DNA of 63,573 bases, filler included, from Sluysia triapertura (GCA_046118255.1; 5 parts of 5 records of this genome joined end to end with filler, not necessarily neighbours in it); one strand, 5' to 3'; counted from the whole stretch's first letter, positions 14,130 to 27,054 are shown. The notes: generated by a model not told the origin, from the letters alone. Translations and numbers: made by a program.

Positions 14130-14390
14130 AATACGAAGAAATAACCCTTTATAAGGTTTTATTTGTTAAAGTATTAAAGTACATTTGTTAATTAATTTAA
14201 TTAAAATTTGTTTAATTTGATAATTTAATGAAAAGTGTTTGTTCATCATCGAATAATATTAGATCAGTATAATTATGAGTTTTATTAGTATTTTAATGAT
14301 TAAGTGTTGCGAAGCACGTCGACGTTGATAACGTAAAAATTATTTAATTTAATTTGTTTTTATAATTTAAAATTAAAGTTAAATATGTCC
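14130..14390 (+). repeat. Dispersed repeat, with an inverted copy at ~42660-42900
   Basis: gaagaaataacc..ttatttg.taaa.tattaaagtacatttgttaattaa and ttgcgaagcacgtc.acgt.ataacgtaaaaatt occur as reverse complements at 42.7-42.9 kb. Confidence 0.7.
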
Positions 14391-16302
14391 CGATGTGTAA
14401 GCATAAGTAAAGTATATATTAAATTGATGTTTATAAAGATATCAATTTAAATATGTTATTGAACTTGAATAACTTATTTTTCCTGTATTTTAATATTCCT
14501 ATAATTAACGAAACTTTTGATAAATTAAACTATCAAAACATAGTGCTTCAATTCAGCCGAAATAATTATTGATGCACAACATATTATACAAATGATTCCT
14601 ACAGAAAAATAAATTTATTATTCCATTAATTTTATCCTTAATTTAAGTTAATAAATTGCGTTATTGATAGAATAGCTTTATAATAATGATATTAAATTCT
14701 AATTTAATGATGTTAAATTATCTTTATCCCATTATCTTTAGATATTTAAAAAATAATGAAATTGGACATAGGCGGAAATTGCTGTCCAAATTTAATCAGT
14801 AAAATTAGTTGGCTTATCACCAACTAAAAAGAATGAATAGTTTTAATATCGGTCTTGTCCAATTTCACAAATGATCGTAAAACTGCTATATAAGCAGTTA
14901 TATTTTTTGCAAAAAAACAATGTAACAAGACAAAAGTAGGAAAAAACAACAAGTAAATTGAAAACTTTTTAGCTTTAGGGACGCTGCTTCAATATATCTG
15001 TGGATAGCGGTGAAATTAAAGATTATTTTTTAGAAACAGACTAAAATAAACACTTAAGGGTTATAAGGAAAAAGGTTAGTAACTTGTTTTTATGCATTAT
15101 ATTTTAGTTAATGCGGGCGTCAACATTTATTTTATTTGAGTTGTGAATTAATTATAATTATTTATAAATTTTAAAGCTGATAGTAAAGGAATTTTGATAG
15201 TTTTATTTATATAATAGAAGTGTATTAATATAAAAGATTTTTCTTTGTATAAATGTAATATTTTAAAGAATATTTGTTTAATTACTGGGTTATAGATTGA
15301 TAATTTAAAGTAAAAATATAAGACACAACTTTTTATAGCATTTAGATTTAAAGTATAATATTTGTATCTGTTTATCAATTCGGTGAATGCATTGAGTGTT
15401 ACAATGTATTTTCTTTGTGAACTGGTGAACATTAATTCGACATTTGGTGAAACAAAAATATTTACAATATAAATGTAACCATATTCAGTATTTTCAATCA
15501 AATATAATTTAGAATAAATCATAAACTAAGATGTAGTGTAAAAATATATTCATATGAAATATCTAATGCAATGTTATCAAATAATTATAAGCTTTTGTTT
15601 TAATAATTAATACACTTAATTTCTTAGTATTAAAATGAGTGTTTGTTGTTTAACTAATTAAAAGCAATAAGTTTTTACTTGATTTTCATCAATAATCGTA
15701 ATTTTACAATTGCATGCGTCCACTTTTCATTAATATAAATGATTATCAATGTATTTAAATTTCGACCAAATATCAGTATACATAAATACATATTTTCATA
15801 AGTATACATAAGTTCATATTTTACTTATATTGTGTCTGAAAATGATACTTGCGAATAAATATTAAGTAATTTAACATGTCGAAATTTATCATTTTTATTT
15901 CAATTTACATTTTTATAAAATGCCTTCATAATCCTTATGCTCATTGATGAAAAAACAGTGCTAAAGTATATGTTAAATATAAAAAAAACTACTCAAATTT
16001 ATTCAACTATTAACGTAATTAAGGCTTAAATCGTATTTTTATATGGTTTAAGTATATATTGATTATTGAAAATAAGTACTGTCTGAACAGTTATTTTTAA
16101 ATGTGTAATATAATTCAAATTTAACAAATATTTTAAAAATATTTGCATTACTAGATCGAACAAACTAATTATTACCGAACTTAATATATATTTTTTGCAT
16201 TTTAACGTTTTTAATGTTATAATAATTAATAGAAAATAAACATTGATCAATAATTCACTTTAAAAATATATTAAAATATTAATAAAATATAAAATATATT
16301 AA

Positions 16303-16914
16303 TCATAAAATAATACATTTATCTGGTAAACATAGTGTCGATTTGGAACGTTCATTTATATCAATTGCTAAAGCTATAGCAGAATCAAAAACCTGTTTTA
16401 ATCCTTTTTGAGTCAAAGCGGAACATTCTAAATATTTCAATGCACCGATTTTTTTCATTACATTAACTGCCTGCTGATAAGAGACATGTTCTGAGTTAGG
16501 CTGAAACATGTCTACTTTAGTAGCAACCAAAATAATTGGTGTTTTGGGGGACTGTTCTTTCAATAATGGTGCCCAATATGATTCAATATTTACTAACGAA
16601 TTTATATTATTGATTGAAAAACAAACTAAAAATATATCCACATCTTGTAATGCTAAATTGATAATTGATCTATATTCCTCTTGGCCAGCAGTATCAACTA
16701 GCAGCATATTGTATCGTTGTCCATTAACAAGAAAGGTAACTACATAATTATCAAATACTGTTGGTGTGTATTCGGATGGAAATCGATTAGTTGTGTAAGA
16801 TATGAGCATACTCGTTTTACCTACATCACCGTCACCGATTATAACCACTTTCAAATCTTTTTCCGTTGATTCGTCACAGTTAATTGTTATTTCGTTCGAA
16901 TTAATATAATTCAT
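16303..16914 (-). CDS. Atypical Rho-family (Cdc42/Rac-like) small GTPase, intronless, 203 aa
   Basis: G1 GDGDVGKT, switch I YTPTVFDNY, G3 DTAGQ, G4 TKVD, G5 ECSAL, the Cdc42/Rac-like ECSALTQKGLKQVFD segment, and C-terminal CAAX (CIIL, geranylgeranylation type). Confidence 0.95.
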   Translation of the reverse strand: MNYINSNEITINCDESTEKDLKVVIIGDGDVGKTSMLISYTTNRFPSEYTPTVFDNYVVTFLVNGQRYNMLLVDTAGQEEYRSIINLALQDVDIFLVCFSINNINSLVNIESYWAPLLKEQSPKTPIILVATKVDMFQPNSEHVSYQQAVNVMKKIGALKYLECSALTQKGLKQVFDSAIALAIDINERSKSTLCLPDKCIIL

Positions 16915-18229
16915 ACAAAAATACTAACAATTCAATATTATTAATTCAATAATACTTTTCTGATTTTATAAAAGTACAATCTCAAATACTTATATGAAAT
17001 ATACTAAAATAAAATATATTTTGTCAGAGATAAAATATATTATGTCATTATCATATATGCACAAGCGTTTATTTAGCTACGTTGACTTTAGACATTGTGC
17101 ATGTCTAAAATGACAGTATGTAATTGTGTGCCAAATGTATTTTTAAATACACTAAGCTATGACAATTTAATAATCTCAATAAAACTATTCTCATTATAAT
17201 TATTAGTATTTTTTATTCGATTTGATCGAATTATATTGACGGCTATAAGTGTATCTACATAAATAAAAATATTTGGTAGTAAAACTATATTTAAAAAAAT
17301 TTCACAATTAACAAAATTGGATGCAAATGTATTCTTTGTATTTCAGTGTTTATTTTTATTAATTTATTGAATTAATTTACTTGAATATTAAATATTAAAT
17401 TTTAGTATTACAACTAATAAATGCAGTAATTATGAGTATAAAGTATATTATTTTCCAAAATTTGTCGAACTTAAATTTTAAAAATGCATCAAATTATTCA
17501 AAATGTAATCGAAGTAATAACAACCCTTATCTTCCAATAATATAATTCAAATCTAACGTACGGCTTTCTGTTGAGTGACGTCGGGCGAAATACAACTATT
17601 GGATTTCAATACCTACAATAGAGTTATGAAGTTAAAAGTGAAATCAGCTCAATTTCAGAGTCCATTTTAAATTAGATTTATCACTAATATCTATAATTAA
17701 CAAATAACACACAATCTACATACATAATTCTTTGTTGGCACGAAACTGACACATTAGTCAAACGAAATTAGTTAGGTATTGTAAAGGTATCTTATTAGGA
17801 CCTTCATTCAGTGTGTGTTGTTAAAATGGTACGACTTACTGAATATAATTGATAATAATAGTAATAGTAAATAAAGAAATATTGTAAGTGCTAGAAATAG
17901 AATCAAGGCATTATTAAGTGCTGCGTCTTTTACAATATTCAATTTAATTCATTGTTATTAAATTCAAAATTCAGTAAATCAAAATAAAATTCAACCTGAA
18001 TTATATTTTTCTGACTCCAATTTTATGATTTAACAATTTTTACACATATCAATTATCACAGAAATCAAAATGTTCCAAATAAATAACTAGAAATAACTGC
18101 ATATTGCTAGAAGTATAAATCGAAAATCACATAATCAACAATCAAGTTTAACAGAGTATCAAAACAGAATAAACCAATTGTGGCACAAAAATTTTAAAAT
18201 ATTGAAAATAGGTTTTGTTTTTTTATAAC

Positions 18230-19019
18230 ACTTAACCTACGGCAAAATGTTACAGTAAACGTCTTATGTGTCGTGAAGAAGACGTTTATGTAACTGTATA
18301 AGCTAATATTTTATCTAAATGGTAATACTCCTTAATCAGAGCCTTATCACATGCTCGGTTAATTACGTAATTAACTATTTCAAAAAACTTCTTTATTTAA
18401 TTAAAATTCTAATTCTAATGAAATAATGAAACTATTCAAAAATCACAAAAATATTTAAAAATTTACAAATAATATAAAGACTAAACAGAAAACTAATAAA
18501 AATCAATTTTACAATTAAAACCTCTAGTGTCTTTAATTGTTTTTGTTATAAATTAAATTTAAGTGGATTATATCGCGGAAACTATAGCTTTAAAAATAAA
18601 GTTGAGTAGATTTTAAGATACTAATTTTCGCAATTAGTATCACCTTCTTAAAAATAACTTACAATAAACATGGAATGGAAATCTGGTTCTGTTCGAATAA
18701 TATTACCACCAATATTTATTGTTAATTGTTTAATTGTCGATCGATAAACCAAAAAATTTGCAAACCAAACTAAAGTAAAGAACAAAATTTCGACTAAATT
18801 GTATATTTTACTAAACTATATTTTATATACCAGTCATCAGCCAATAGGAACATTATAGATGCTTATATTCTATTTTTAGAAGCGAATTTTCTTTTTTCGA
18901 ATAATAATATCTTGGAAAAATAATTTTCTTTTTTGGAAAGTAAAAATTTTAAAGTGATTTTAAAGTTTTATAATAGCATTTTATGCGTGATTTTAGGGGG
19001 TTGTGATAACAATGTAACA
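18230..19019 (-). mobile_element. LTR-like repeat family copy (others at ~27763-28170 +, ~32570-32850 -, ~54444-55050 +)
   Basis: Three copies start TGTTA.....atcac(a/g)accc...aaaat. Pairs share gtcatcagccaat...tattctattt.tagaagc, ataag.cg.ttac and aagaaaaccacagcaa. The TG terminus suggests solo LTRs (inference). Confidence 0.55.
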
Positions 19020-19199
19020 GTCTTTACAGTTTAATTGAAATAAAATTAAAATTTTCATAAGACAGTCATGAATTTTGAATTACTGTTGTCACTGTTATTG
19101 TGTTAAAATTTTTAAAATATTTCTTTTTATAATTTCTCGTTATCCAATGACTCTTCAGTTTTGCTGTGAAACATTCCCTTACATGAACCTCCTTTGAGA

Positions 19200-19880
19200 A
19201 TTACATGATGCAGCTTGACAGACTTTATTAGGTACAGAACATAAAATTATAATTATGATAAGGAAGAATATGAAGAAAATCTATACGAAAACTGTGTCAG
19301 AGAAAGACTAACAGAATAAGAATTTCGTAGCATGACATTGGACAGCGCCGATGGTATTAAAGGAAAAATAGATCTAAAAAGAAATAAGGGGAAGATGAAA
19401 CTTATTAATTACTTGTATGATTATTTTTTAAAATTTTTAAGAGAAAGAAGAAAAACAAAAGATGTACCAGTTATAGAAGTGCAAATAGAAAAAAACGCGT
19501 ATCTATTGGCGAATGATTTTTATCAAGTGATGAAGAAATAAATTTAAAATTATTAGTAAGGGAGTAATTATCAAGAATTAATGGACTCTGATGAAGAAAA
19601 ATAGTAATATCATCTAGTGGAAAATTAAATACCAACGAATTAACATTAATAAAAGAAGTAAAAATCTTATCACATACAAAGTTCAAAAAATATTGATAAA
19701 AATATGCAGGATATATTGATAAAAATTCTGTGGATATAAATATGTATAACGAGTATAAATCATTTAACTGAGTATGGTTTTTTTAAATCAAGAAGATAAT
19801 ATCTGTGAAGAAAAATCACGGTAACTATTAAGGAAAACTGGACAAATAGAAAGAATAGAAACACCTAAAAATTTTAATGT
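19200..19880 (+). mobile_element. Second decayed pogo/Tigger-like transposase fragment (HTH region)
   Basis: LYDYFLKFLRERRKTKDVPVIEVQIEKNAYLLA resembles the CENP-B-type HTH_Tnp_Tc5 helix. There are multiple stops and frameshifts. Confidence 0.5.
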
Positions 19881-20278
19881 AAATTAATAAATCAATAAAT
19901 GAATTAATGTTTTTTTTCGTAGGTGCCAATAACCAAGATAGTAGAACTTATGGACGTAATTAAATTAAGTGATTCTGTAATAGTTGATGTAAAATTATAT
20001 TTTCATAGTAGAAATTTAGCTCCAGATGAATTTTTAAATGATTACGTTAAAAGCTTATGCAAATTTAACTAAACCCATTAGTACCTTTAACGAAAAAGTT
20101 GACTCCCGCATTCATTTTAAATACAGTTAATGGACGATAGTGATAAAGGGATTATAATAATGACATAGAAAATGATATTGATAAAATAGATATGAAACCT
20201 GATTGCGTAATTGAAATGAAAATATTTTGGATACTAAAATATAATTTATGCATTATTATCAGATAATATAAGAGAACA

Positions 20279-20775
20279 CAGTGGTACCTCTACTTATGAA
20301 AGGCCCTACACATGACATTTTCAAGTTACGAAACACCTCCTTGGAAAAACATTATCTCTGGTTACAAAAGAAATTTCAGGATACGAAAGGTGAAAACTTC
20401 AAAATACTTAATAAAACAATTACTGTAAAAAATTTTATTCATTTCAATATTATTAGAATTTTTTGATACTAAATATGCTTTGAAAATGTGTTCTCAACAC
20501 AATGAGCACTTGTAACGAAATGCTTCACTTGTATACCATTTGTTAAAACAATTTGTTATTCCGCCAATCGGAATAGAGGACATTAGGAAAATTCCATGAA
20601 ATTTCAGAATTTGTTAAGAATCGGGCTATCACTCGCTATGATGATGTTTGCCTTGCACATTTTCAGAAGATTGTTAAAAGCCGACAAAACCAAACGTCCT
20701 TGAATCAGTTCTTTACAAAACCACTATTGAAACGACTTCCAGAACGAATTAATTTGACAAGTAGAGCCACCACTG
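20279..20775 (+). mobile_element. Internally deleted Tigger-like element
   Basis: TIRs cagtggtacctctactt and the reverse complement of cagtggtggctctactt followed by TA. Internal YDDVCLAHFQKIVKSRQNQTSLNQFF resembles Tigger transposase C-termini (..KQTSLD.FF). Confidence 0.75.
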
Positions 20776-21169
20776 TACTTCTTAAAATAATGGATTGCAT
20801 ATCATACTTTATTCTGTGAAATATTAATATTTTTTCAACACGTCCCTGTTATTTAATAGCTGCGATTGTGATAGCAGTCTGCTAACGTTATTTTTAATTA
20901 ACAGTTGAAAAATGGTACTAAATAGCATAACAACTCTAGTGTATATGTATAGTTGCTTTATGAATTTGTAAGTATATTTGCTTTGAAATTTTATTCTTGA
21001 TGACTGTTCTGCATCAAGAACGTAAATTACGGAAAAAAGCAAAAAAAATATTCAAAGAAAAAACAAAACTTTGTACAATCTAAGAATTTCAAAATTTTAG
21101 CGACTCCAAATTATTATCACGTGTCCCCACCCGAGGTCTCGTCCCTAGTTTGCGCGTTTTTGCCATAAC

Positions 21170-21358
21170 GTACAACTTGGAAGCTTTTATGACCACAAAC
21201 ATAAATGTGTAAAAACTTGAAAAAAAGATACAAATATTGTTTTTACAAAAATTCTACTTTATTTAAAAAGTATGATATGGTACTTTAATTATTTAAATTA
21301 AACAGAAATGGCAAAGCGAATAACTTCGTACAATTTATGTTTTCAGCGAATGATTTAA
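21170..21358 (+). mobile_element. piggyBac-like terminal fragment, copy 1
   Basis: Nearly identical to 45955-46119 (ttaattatttaaattaaacagaaatggca(a/g)agcgaataacttcgtacaattta). The second copy ends GGG-TTAA. Confidence 0.6.
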
Positions 21359-21597
21359 TACAGGATTAATTAATGATAAACAAATAGTAATCTTGGCCCA
21401 CATTGTATTCCAATGTGTTAACGCTAAGTTATTGAATACGCAAAAAATAGACAATAAACTTAGACTTTGTGTTGACAATCAAGACGATGGAGAAATTTTT
21501 TAAGATTAACTAAATATTAAGAGGGACTGTTACAATTAATTTGGAGTGAACTTTATAAAAGATACAAAACTAATTAAGAACTTTTATTAATATAAAA

Positions 21598-24500
21598 TCA
21601 ATCTTTTGTATCCATATTTATTTCAAAAACATCGAAATTATGATTCAATTCCCGACAACCAAATAATTTGAACTGTGAATCTTTCGACAAACCATCATTT
21701 TGATTAAACCAACTGTCTTTTTGTGCTGTTGAAAGCATAAATAAACGCTTTATTCTTGAATGATGCAATGCCATTGAACACATTAAACATGGTCTTACAT
21801 TTACGATGACATCTAATCCGGTTGCTAAATATCCATTATTTGCTGATAATTGTAATTGTGATAAATGTTTCAAGGCTTCCATTACACTATGATTCAATGG
21901 AAATTGTGAACTTCGACTATCAACTGCACTTGTAATTATCTCATTATTATATGGATCATAAATAATTGTGGCGTTTCTGTACGATATTGTTGAATCTATG
22001 GACGAACTGAGTGCTTCGCAAGTATCAGCCAATTTCATATATCTACATATCAGTTATTGGATAATTAATTAATAATATTTAATTATTATGTAAAGTCTCT
22101 TGTAAAAATGTAAAACATCAGTTTTTTTAAATTATATTGGAATACGAATTAAAAAAACTTTAAATTTATTTATGTTTTTAACGTCAAATTTTTATACACA
22201 TTATCAATTAGGTTCATTTGTGCTTGTTTATTCGCTTTAATATTGTTTTTCATAATAAATAAATTCTTATCAATGAATTGTAAGTTAATAATCTAGTTTA
22301 TATTTAAATGAGAAAGTTTTTCACATTCTCTTTCACATTAACATTACCTTTTCAATCTATAGATAAATACATTATGAAGTACCAACAAGAAAAAATGTTT
22401 TCGTTAATATATTTTACGGCGAATTCTCTACGATATTTTAGAGTACAATCTTTGACAGTTTATTTATAAATTTATTTCGTGGAAGATTGTTCTCGAATTT
22501 TATTATATTAAGTTTTGTTTAGTTAAGTGAGTGCAAAATATACTAAAATGTTATCTGTAAAATTTTTGGTATTTTAACGATATCCTAAACTGAGTTTTAA
22601 AATCATACATAAAATATATTAACTTTAAAATTTGAACTTGAAAATTCTTTTACGTTTTTTATTTATTAGAAATATTTATTATTTGTGTGATAAAAATATC
22701 ACCGTTGATTGTGATTTTTTTATTGCTTTAACGATTTTTTGGAAAAATATTTGCACTGAAGAATATAAGTGTTGATGCATTTATTACAAACTATTATTAT
22801 TACAAATTGAAGTAGCCCTCGAAATCCAAAATGGAAATTCTAGCTCCCGTTTTTGCCTTTCCTTATCTGATGGGGTCCGAACATCGAAGATCTATGAATA
22901 TAAGATGATGTATAACAAGTGACACTAATCAGTACATCACAAGTCTACCTAAAACGAGAAATCGACCTATTCATGGAGTTAGCAAATTAGACAATGTTTA
23001 ATTATTTCAAATTGAATAAATAGAATTTGCTAAATAAAAGTAAGCTGAGGTTAAATAAATAATCTTATGAATGTAAAATAAAGTTCGACTGTTATTCGAA
23101 TTACAGTAATTGATAATGTCCTCGAACGACCAAATAGTGTATAATGACGGTATTTGATTTTTAACTCCTCGCACTGTCGTATTTGTGAATTTGTTTTATT
23201 TTTGATTGAATATTTATATCAAATTCCATTATTCATTAATTAAATAATTATTTAACTTAAGCTATATTTACTTATTTTGGAAATTTATCACTACCTATAT
23301 TAAGATGATTTTATTCACATAATCAATTATAGTATTGAAGAAAAATTTTTATAAATTTAGATTTCTTATTATTTCTATACAATCTGAAATTAAAATGATT
23401 TTATTCACATTCGATTACATACAGTAATATTTTTAACAATATTATTTTCTGCATTTATTATGTTGCTATTGTGTTTCTCAACATTTATAGTGTAAGAGAC
23501 AGTATTTATCTCAATACGGACCAATCAACCCATTTATTGGAATGTAATTTTTAAGTAATCATTAAAATTAAAAAATTTATTTGTTATAAATATTTGTTTT
23601 AATAAATTATTTTAAATATTTATTGGAAGCCATATTAAAAAGAATATTGCCAGAAATAGGTGAGTTTTATTTAAAATTTTTTAGAATAAAATATTCAGAA
23701 AGAACTCCAATTTTGATTTAGAATTTAAAGTTGGCATGAACTGGGCAGAACAAATAGACAACTGCATTCTGCAGAAAATCAAAGAATATCTAAAAAAGGG
23801 CTACCACGTAAAGACAGACAGCCCTAGATCGCTCGAAGACCTCTGACGACCAGAATTGCAAATACAGTAACACCTTTCAGGAAAGTTGACACTGGTAGAC
23901 ATCAAAGTGCCATACGACATGGAAGAATACTTTCAGAATGCAAGGAACTTAAACCAAGAAAAATACAAAGACTTGGTTGGCACGCTCGCAGAGGAAAAAA
24001 CCCAAGTAACCCTACATGAGATCATGTCCAACTTCAGATGAGAAATGGCAAACGACTGAATCACAGAAGCCATCAGAGGATTGTTCGTGATACACCAAGA
24101 TCACGTTTCTTACTCCAACTGACGAAAAAATAAAAGTGAATGAAGAAAAAGAAATGAGAAAGAAGCTTCTCGCAAAGAATAATACTTAAAATTTAAATAC
24201 ATATTTATCTTTTTGCATAAATAAAAAAATAGTGAATAAATTATAAAATATATACAAATTTTTCAATATTCTGTTTTTTTTGGTTGAAAAAAGAAAAGAA
24301 AAAATTAAAAAATGAATGAAAATTCAATTAAGAGGCTCAAGTGCAGGAATATTAATCAAAACTTGAAATTTGGAACAGTTTACAGAATATGAATCTATGC
24401 TTAAACTATACATCAGACTTGAGGAACAATTATCAAGGGCACTTAAGGTGTTTTCGTTTGGGTTAGAAAAATGATTAGGAACAATTGAAAATATCAGTGG

Positions 24501-25716
24501 TAAAGTTCGAGTAATTTAAATGAATTTTATTACATTTAAATGCTTCGAAAATGCTTATAAATTCGTAAAATTATAAAAGCTGAAAATTTATAAAATAAAA
24601 ATTACCTTTGTACAAAATCATTAGAAAAACCCGCATTTTTGGATAACAACTTTTCAAGATTTAAATTAGGATGAAATTTGCATGGCCAGTATTCTCTGTA
24701 ATATTTCATATGAAATAGAGACAAGGGTAATTGATAATAAACATAATAAATCACTGGATCGTTCTGAATAACAATAGAACAATCGTTTAAGATTCGTTTT
24801 ACTTCTAAAATATCACACCTGAAACAATATGTAATTTGATAAATATAAATAGTCGATTATATTTCTGTTCATTTTAACAAATAACTAAAACAAGTTATTT
24901 CAAGTACTCATCTTAAAAAATTTAAATAAAATTCTAGTGTGAGTAATATATACATCAAATCACATTCTTTACAACTCAGCCGAGATTTCCTGCAATTGCA
25001 TATTTTAATTATAAACTCTTAATTGGTTTATATGTAAATGCTTACTCGAAAATAGGTAACTCGATAAAAATATGCAATAAAAAAATTAAACATTCAGAAA
25101 AATATATTTTGTCAAAATGTTTATCCAAGACAAAAAAATTGAATTTCTCTAATATTGGTAACATTTAATTTCATCTTAAATCAAGAATTGGATTAATTAT
25201 ATTTGATTAAATTTTGTCTTCGAAAAATTATTTTAAAAATAAAATGATTTATTTATTTATATGCACAAAATATACAATTAACAGAAAAATAACCAACTTA
25301 TATGACACAGGACATAAAAGGCATTCCGTTTTATTATTTTTCGTTCGGATTCTCTTTAAACCTTTAAATTGTTCATCAAGCGGCATCTTAGTACTCAATT
25401 TATCAATAATTTGTCGACTACTTTTTTTACAGTCTATTTCAAAACACCAAAATGGTATTAAATGTAATCTGGGACAATTTATTTCATGTGTTTTCACTAA
25501 ACTAATAAACTCGTTATCAAGTTTTGGTCGCTTGATACCATCACAACTGAAAGATAATTATTTATACACCAATTAATATTCACTAACTCTACAGGAACTA
25601 AATAAGAAAATTATTTAATATAAATAATAACGTACTTTCTTCTTGATTTTTCGACAAAAAGTCATCAAGTAAAGTGGTAAATTTTAGTTCACATTCAACA
25701 TGGATAGAAAATTCTC
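21598..25716 (-). CDS. ADAT3: tRNA adenosine-34 deaminase non-catalytic subunit ADAT3/TAD3. Exons (minus): 25716-25636, 25597-25588 (microexon), 25546-25298, 24818-24606, 22042-21598. Start codon not resolved.
   Basis: GT-AG introns join in frame: ...KGLKRIR... / ...EYWPCKFHP... / ...HSVMEAL...GYLATGLDVIVNVRPCLMCSMALHHSRIKRLF...LNHNFDVF. HxV (Val replacing the catalytic Glu), PCxxC, WPxxFH and LNH.F.VF are ADAT3 hallmarks. The last three exons are high confidence, the first two moderate. Confidence 0.9.
23735..24125 (+). mobile_element. 5'-truncated RLE-clade non-LTR retrotransposon (R2/R4/NeSL-like) endonuclease fragment, antisense in an ADAT3 intron
   Basis: NCILQKIKEYL...L*RPELQIQ...LTLVDIKVPYD...FQNARNLNQEKYKDL matches the restriction-like endonuclease pattern PD..D..P...K..KY. 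Local GC is higher than the flanks. Confidence 0.75.
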
Positions 25717-26591
25717 CTAATAATTAAAAATTATTAATTACACATTTCATAAAAAATTACCTTTAAAAATTAAATTATATGAATAATATATAAATTATTG
25801 TGTAATTACCACTTTTATATTTGAAATTTTAATTGAAATTCAAATGATTCGAAATATAACCGCAAACAAAGTAATATCATTGGAAACAGACGAAACACAA
25901 AAATTAAATATTAAGAGTAAATGGTATACAATTTACTTTAATATATAACGAGATTACACTATATGTAGGCAATATAACTACTACAATAAACATACTTGAT
26001 TTTTGGAAGTAAGATAACTCTTCTTTAAGAATAAGAACATCTAAAAATAAAAATATTTTACTTCTAATTAATTTATTGTATACCTTTGTACTGATTAAAT
26101 ATAAATAAAATACTTCGGAAGCAAAATTCACAACAATTACGAAAATTATATGATTGTTTAGTTAAATACATCAAAATATTCACAGTAAAATTACTAAAAA
26201 ATATGAATATACAAACAAGAATCCAAAATAAAGGTTAAACTAATTAAAGACTAAATCAATAATTATTCATAATTATAAAGCGACTTTAATGCCAACTATA
26301 ATAACATTAGATATTTTTTCAGTTGAAAATTGTTACTAATTAAGTTAGAAAATTTTTCCCATCACTGTCATTTTATAATTTTTGTAAAATGTAACTGGGA
26401 ATGTAGGAAATATGTTATGAGAATCATTGTAGAATGTAATTTAGTACTAAAATACAGTATAATCATCAGTTAACATGGAGTCATACTTGTTACCATTTTT
26501 CTAGTTTTCAAAGTCAATTTAAAGAATTCGTTTTTTTAGAATATATATTTAAAATATTGACCTTCCAAACTACAATAAATAACTAAGGTTA

Positions 26592-27054
26592 GAAATCACT
26601 GCAATACATTTATACTTGGCGCCAAGAAATATCCTTTTCAAGGTAAATCATGTAGAAACGTCTCCAATGAGTGTATAATTTTATTTTATAATCTAATTTT
26701 ATTTTGTACGTTTTTTTAAAAAAGGACTTGCATGTTAAATAATCATTACAACCATTTAAATAATTATTTAAACAAGTATTATTTATTCCAAGATTATTTA
26801 TGTAACACAGAGCGAATTAAGCATCTAAGCGTAATCTCATATTTATTTATGGCCGACATTACGGAAATATTTCTACTTCTTTCTTCAAGAACTGATATGT
26901 AGGCTGAATGCCTGGAATATTGAGATATTATGTATCAAATAACCACTGAAAATTCCACGTAATCAGTAACAATTTATTTCTTACCAAAATAGAATATTCC
27001 TCAATAGGTTTGGCAATAATTGTTTGACTGTCATCAATACAAACAAATAAATTG
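26592..27054 (+). pseudogene. Decayed tyrosine-kinase-like domain fragments
   Basis: AIHLYLAPRNILF (similar to IHRDLAARNIL); SSRTDM*AECLEY*DIMY (similar to SDVWAFGVLLWEIM, both Trp now stops at exact spacing); LPK*NIPQ*VWQ*LFDCHQ (subdomain XI); ends at a gtaagt donor. Confidence 0.55.

Noticed and set aside
12842-16250. Short I/L/F/K/N/Y-rich ORFs (e.g. 12842, 15148, 16026; also 53176, 57752, 60953, 62654)
   Set aside because: Composition is what random AT-rich DNA yields, often with non-ATG starts and no motifs.
16508-16747. 79-aa + strand ORF
   Set aside because: Antisense shadow of the Rho GTPase. The same applies to 25214-25576 (ADAT3), 8210-8467 and 39942-40187 (transposases) and 29674-29856.
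22860-22906. cttatCTGATGG...GAAG...ataag as a hammerhead ribozyme
   Set aside because: Two core nucleotides are wrong and stem III does not form.
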